Origin: Bdellovibrionota bacterium
GTDB lineage: Bacteria; Bdellovibrionota_C; UBA2361; JBGSMV01
Assembly: GCA_041739995.1 (NCBI GenBank)
Contig: JBGSMV010000027.1
Location: forward strand, 1-20,425
Reading direction: 5' to 3'
DNA length: 20,425 bases
The notes under the pieces are model-generated. The model had not been told where the DNA came from, made no database searches, and saw only the letters and a program-made list of their open reading frames with translations. Position 1 is the stretch's first letter; each line of letters starts with the position of its first letter. Positions 17,922 through 20,425 of this stretch are shown here, in pieces. The position numbers and the translations under genes were made by a program.

Positions 17922-18299
17922 TTGCTTGAAAAGCGCTGCTTCGCGCTTACCGAAGCGTTTCATCTCAACCAAGCAATGGTTTCGAAACTGGAGGAGCTGG
18001 CTCCTATTCCAACCGTCGGGACCAAAGACCTCGTTCGAAGCAAGGCGCTGATCGATAAGCTAAGTGCAGGTCTTCGCAGCCAGGTCGATGCTGTACAAGA
18101 GATGGGGCCGGCACTGGATGAAACGGGACTTGAGCTGCCACGTCAGGACAGCTTGGGTGTCGATCCTGGTTTCATCGCGATGATCAATGCCGTCCGTTCC
18201 GGGACTCCCAATCCCGGCCTCACCGCTGCCGAAGCAACACCGGAGGTCACACGTAACCGCATACATGAAATTGAGCATCGGCTGCGCGCCAAGAGCTAG
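17922..18299 (+). CDS. Hypothetical protein (start uncertain)
   Basis: 125-codon ORF followed immediately by a terminator-like hairpin; no recognised motif. Confidence 0.4.
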   Translation: MLEKRCFALTEAFHLNQAMVSKLEELAPIPTVGTKDLVRSKALIDKLSAGLRSQVDAVQEMGPALDETGLELPRQDSLGVDPGFIAMINAVRSGTPNPGLTAAEATPEVTRNRIHEIEHRLRAKS

Positions 18300-18320
18300 G
18301 TGCAGGAAATGCACCTCTTT
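18298..18320 (+). terminator. Possible intrinsic terminator
   Basis: AGGTGCA-GGAAA-TGCACCT stem-loop followed by CTTT. Confidence 0.45.
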
Positions 18321-18590
18321 GGTTGCCGTTTCACTATGAGCGAATTGCATTTTACGGGCGGCTGAATGTTCCCATGCACTGAGAATTTCAACGGCGAACG
18401 GGAGCATTGCATGCAAGCGGCGACGGGGCTTCGATTCCAAGAAATCTGGAACCTATAAGTACAGGAGCTTCGTTCCACGCTCGTGACGTCCCGATGTTCG
18501 GCGTCATGTGGTTAACCCTACCAAACTCAGGTCGCCCCATGAGCAGCGACGGCTATTAACCACTCGAACTTATTCAATATAAATGACGCT

Positions 18591-18632
18591 CTGAAATAAC
18601 AGCTCTCAGTTTTTCAGATAAGTATATATAAT
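18591..18632 (+). promoter_or_regulatory. Promoter/operator region of the TA pair
   Basis: Imperfect inverted repeat CTGAAA(T)AAC..GTTTTTCAG (18591-18617) and TATAAT at 18627-18632, 7 nt before ATG18640, with no SD sequence. Confidence 0.45.
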
Positions 18633-18639
18633 GAGCTAA

Positions 18640-18984
18640 ATGCGAAAGGGTATATATATAAAACTTGATAGTGATGTCATCGATCACTTTAGGGTGGAAG
18701 GCCCCGGCTATCAGGCGCGAATGAATGAGGCGCTCCGGGCAGCAATGCTGTCGTCGACCGATCTCACCAAAGCGGGTGTCGACTTAACGAGTCGACGTGC
18801 GGTTGCGCATGCTCAAGTGGCATTCGAGAGATTCTTCACTCAAGCGTTTTGGCACTTGCGTCCGGATGCGCTCATCACCGAGCGCATGTTGCCGGATGTC
18901 ATCACGGGACTTCGCCGCTATGGTGGGAAAGACGGGTTTAGAGAGGCGGAGAAAATATGCCGATTGATGAGTTCCAACTCCTAG
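18640..18984 (+). CDS. Putative antitoxin: BrnA-like (DUF4415) RHH domain fused to a small helical domain
   Basis: IYIKLDSDVIDHFRVEGPGYQARMNEALR is the BrnA signature; the C-terminal domain is AFERFFTQAFW...LRRYGGKDGFREAEKICR; the gene overlaps the downstream gene by 28 bp. Confidence 0.8.
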   Translation: MRKGIYIKLDSDVIDHFRVEGPGYQARMNEALRAAMLSSTDLTKAGVDLTSRRAVAHAQVAFERFFTQAFWHLRPDALITERMLPDVITGLRRYGGKDGFREAEKICRLMSSNS

Positions 18985-19742
18985 TCCTTTCGATTATCGG
19001 GAGGAATCGAAATCCAAATAGCTACGTTGCGGGTGGTTCGGCCATCAATTCCGCGGACAATACGCCGCGATTCTCTAACGATCTCGATCTATTCCACGCA
19101 TCTGCAGAAGCAGTTCAATCGAGTTTCGCCATAGATCAGAAGTCTCTCGTGCAAGAAGGATTTACTCTTAAGGTCAACGTCAATCAGCCTGGATTTATAA
19201 CTGCAGTTATTACTAAGTCTGGCGAGAGCCTCAAGCTCGACTGGGCCAGTGATTCCTCCTTCCGCTTCTTTCCCGTAGAGACTGATCCATTAATGGGTTA
19301 CCGGCTACATATTGTAGATCTAGCGACTAATAAGTGTCTCGCGCTCGCTGGACGTAGCGAAGTTCGCGACATCATCGATGGTCTATACTTGCATGAGCAT
19401 GTGATGTCGCTTGCATTCACTATCTGGGCCGCCTGCGGAAAGGACCCGGGCCTGACCCCTGACTTTATTCTGACCCAACTACGCCGCAACTCGCGCATTT
19501 CCCCCGAGTCACTCGCGCTAGAGCGCACCGTCAGACCAGTTGATGCAGTTCAACTCAAGCGAGATTGGACCGCATGCTTAGATACTGCCGAGTCGGCGTT
19601 ACTAAACTTTCCTGCAGAGCATCTTGGATGTGTTTTTGTAGATGACCAAAAGCAAGTGCCTCGCGAAGTCACCTCCTTCTCGCACCTGACCCCACACCAC
19701 GGCTCCGTCGGCGGCGCATGGCCCGCAATCAGGACGAGCTAA
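18957..19742 (+). CDS. AbiEii/AbiGii-type nucleotidyltransferase (type IV TA toxin-like)
   Basis: YVAGGSAIN, PRFSNDLDLF (DxD) and DLATNKCLALAGRSEVRDIID (K...R...RD.D) are AbiEii superfamily motifs. Confidence 0.85.
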   Translation: MPIDEFQLLVLSIIGRNRNPNSYVAGGSAINSADNTPRFSNDLDLFHASAEAVQSSFAIDQKSLVQEGFTLKVNVNQPGFITAVITKSGESLKLDWASDSSFRFFPVETDPLMGYRLHIVDLATNKCLALAGRSEVRDIIDGLYLHEHVMSLAFTIWAACGKDPGLTPDFILTQLRRNSRISPESLALERTVRPVDAVQLKRDWTACLDTAESALLNFPAEHLGCVFVDDQKQVPREVTSFSHLTPHHGSVGGAWPAIRTS

Positions 19743-19787
19743 GAATCCTAACCCCCCTTCCCTCAGAGACCTTGTGGTGGGGTGGAA

Positions 19788-19814
19788 GCAACTTTATCCC
19801 GAATTCTCCGATGA
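19788..19814 (+). promoter_or_regulatory. Sigma-28-like promoter candidate upstream of RAYT 2
   Basis: GCAACTTT-N11-TCCGATGA with ATG19826 11 nt downstream; same geometry as at RAYT 1. Confidence 0.45.
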
Positions 19815-19825
19815 TGTTCCCACGT

Positions 19826-20425
19826 ATGGGATATCATCCGAGAATAGAGACGAGCGAGTACGCATCGTTCCTAACTACGCGCGCGCGTAACAGCGAGCTG
19901 TGGTTTGTAAACAACGTGAAGCTTGAAGAAGCTATTCTAGGCTTTGTAGCTAAGTACTCGAAACGATATGACGTAGTCGTCTATGCGTTTGCGATGGAAG
20001 GCAACCACACGCAAAGTCCTGCCCACTTCTCCAAGCCCAATCGAGCTTCATACATGCGAGACCTGAACTCGAGCATTGCTCGTGCCGTACCGCGTCACAC
20101 CCCTGAGTACCCAGGGGGTAGGTTCTGGGGACGGAGGTACTCTCAAGAGTTTGTGCCAGGAGACGAGGATGTAGAGAACCAGTTCTTCTACACAGTGCTG
20201 CAACCTGTCCAAGACGGTTTAGTGGAGAAGATATCGGACTATCCTGGGTACAACTGCTTCCACGATGCGGTCTGGGGCATTACGCGCCGCTACAAGGTGG
20301 TGAACTGGGGAGCCTATAACGCAGCGAAGCGGTATAACTCAAAGTTAAGAATCAAGGACTTTGTAGAAGAGGTAGAGCTTTCATACGCTCGAGTGCCTGG
20401 GTACGAGCACCTCTCACAGAGAGAC
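19826..20425 (+). CDS. Second RAYT-like HUH transposase, truncated by the window end (not in the ORF track)
   Basis: Manual translation: MGYHPRIETSEYASFLTTRARNSELWF...VYAFAMEGNHTQ...MRDLNSSIAR...GRFWGRRYSQE...YTVLQPVQDGLVEKISDYPGYNC; the frame is open to the edge. Confidence 0.85.
   Translation, partial: MGYHPRIETSEYASFLTTRARNSELWFVNNVKLEEAILGFVAKYSKRYDVVVYAFAMEGNHTQSPAHFSKPNRASYMRDLNSSIARAVPRHTPEYPGGRFWGRRYSQEFVPGDEDVENQFFYTVLQPVQDGLVEKISDYPGYNCFHDAVWGITRRYKVVNWGAYNAAKRYNSKLRIKDFVEEVELSYARVPGYEHLSQRD

Noticed and set aside
61..18617. 12-bp direct repeat TCAGTTTTTCAG at 61-72 and 18606-18617 as possible att sites
   Set aside because: Short and low-complexity, no integrase or tRNA nearby, and it would enclose core-like fliS genes; probably chance.
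1..20425. tRNA, rRNA, tmRNA or CRISPR arrays
   Set aside because: No recognisable signatures were seen on either strand.

Overview
Bacterial accessory and flagellar-associated region; gene content suggests a motile Bdellovibrionota/deltaproteobacterium-like host (inference only). From left to right: a secreted protein with a Phycisphaerales-style (GC-type) dockerin-like C-terminus; an IS91-family transposase remnant; a RAYT-type HUH (Y1) transposase; a 5'-truncated sugar-transferase remnant; a flagellin split by a 5-bp tandem duplication whose variable region carries a dockerin/EF-hand-like motif; a DUF445 remnant; two hypothetical proteins; a FliA/WhiG-like sigma-70 factor; a threonine-synthase-like PLP enzyme plus GNAT pair converging on a tandem-MarR regulator; fliS followed by a probable flagellin-modification operon (methyltransferase/Maf-N/CgeB-type GT fusion, GT9, hypothetical); a BrnA-like-fused antitoxin plus AbiEii-type nucleotidyltransferase; and a second RAYT-like transposase cut off by the window end. 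The most notable observations are dockerin-like motifs in both the flagellin and a neighbouring secreted protein, sigma-28-like promoters before both RAYTs, and a hybrid BrnA/AbiE-type toxin-antitoxin pair. All family calls come from recognising motifs by eye, not from database searches.
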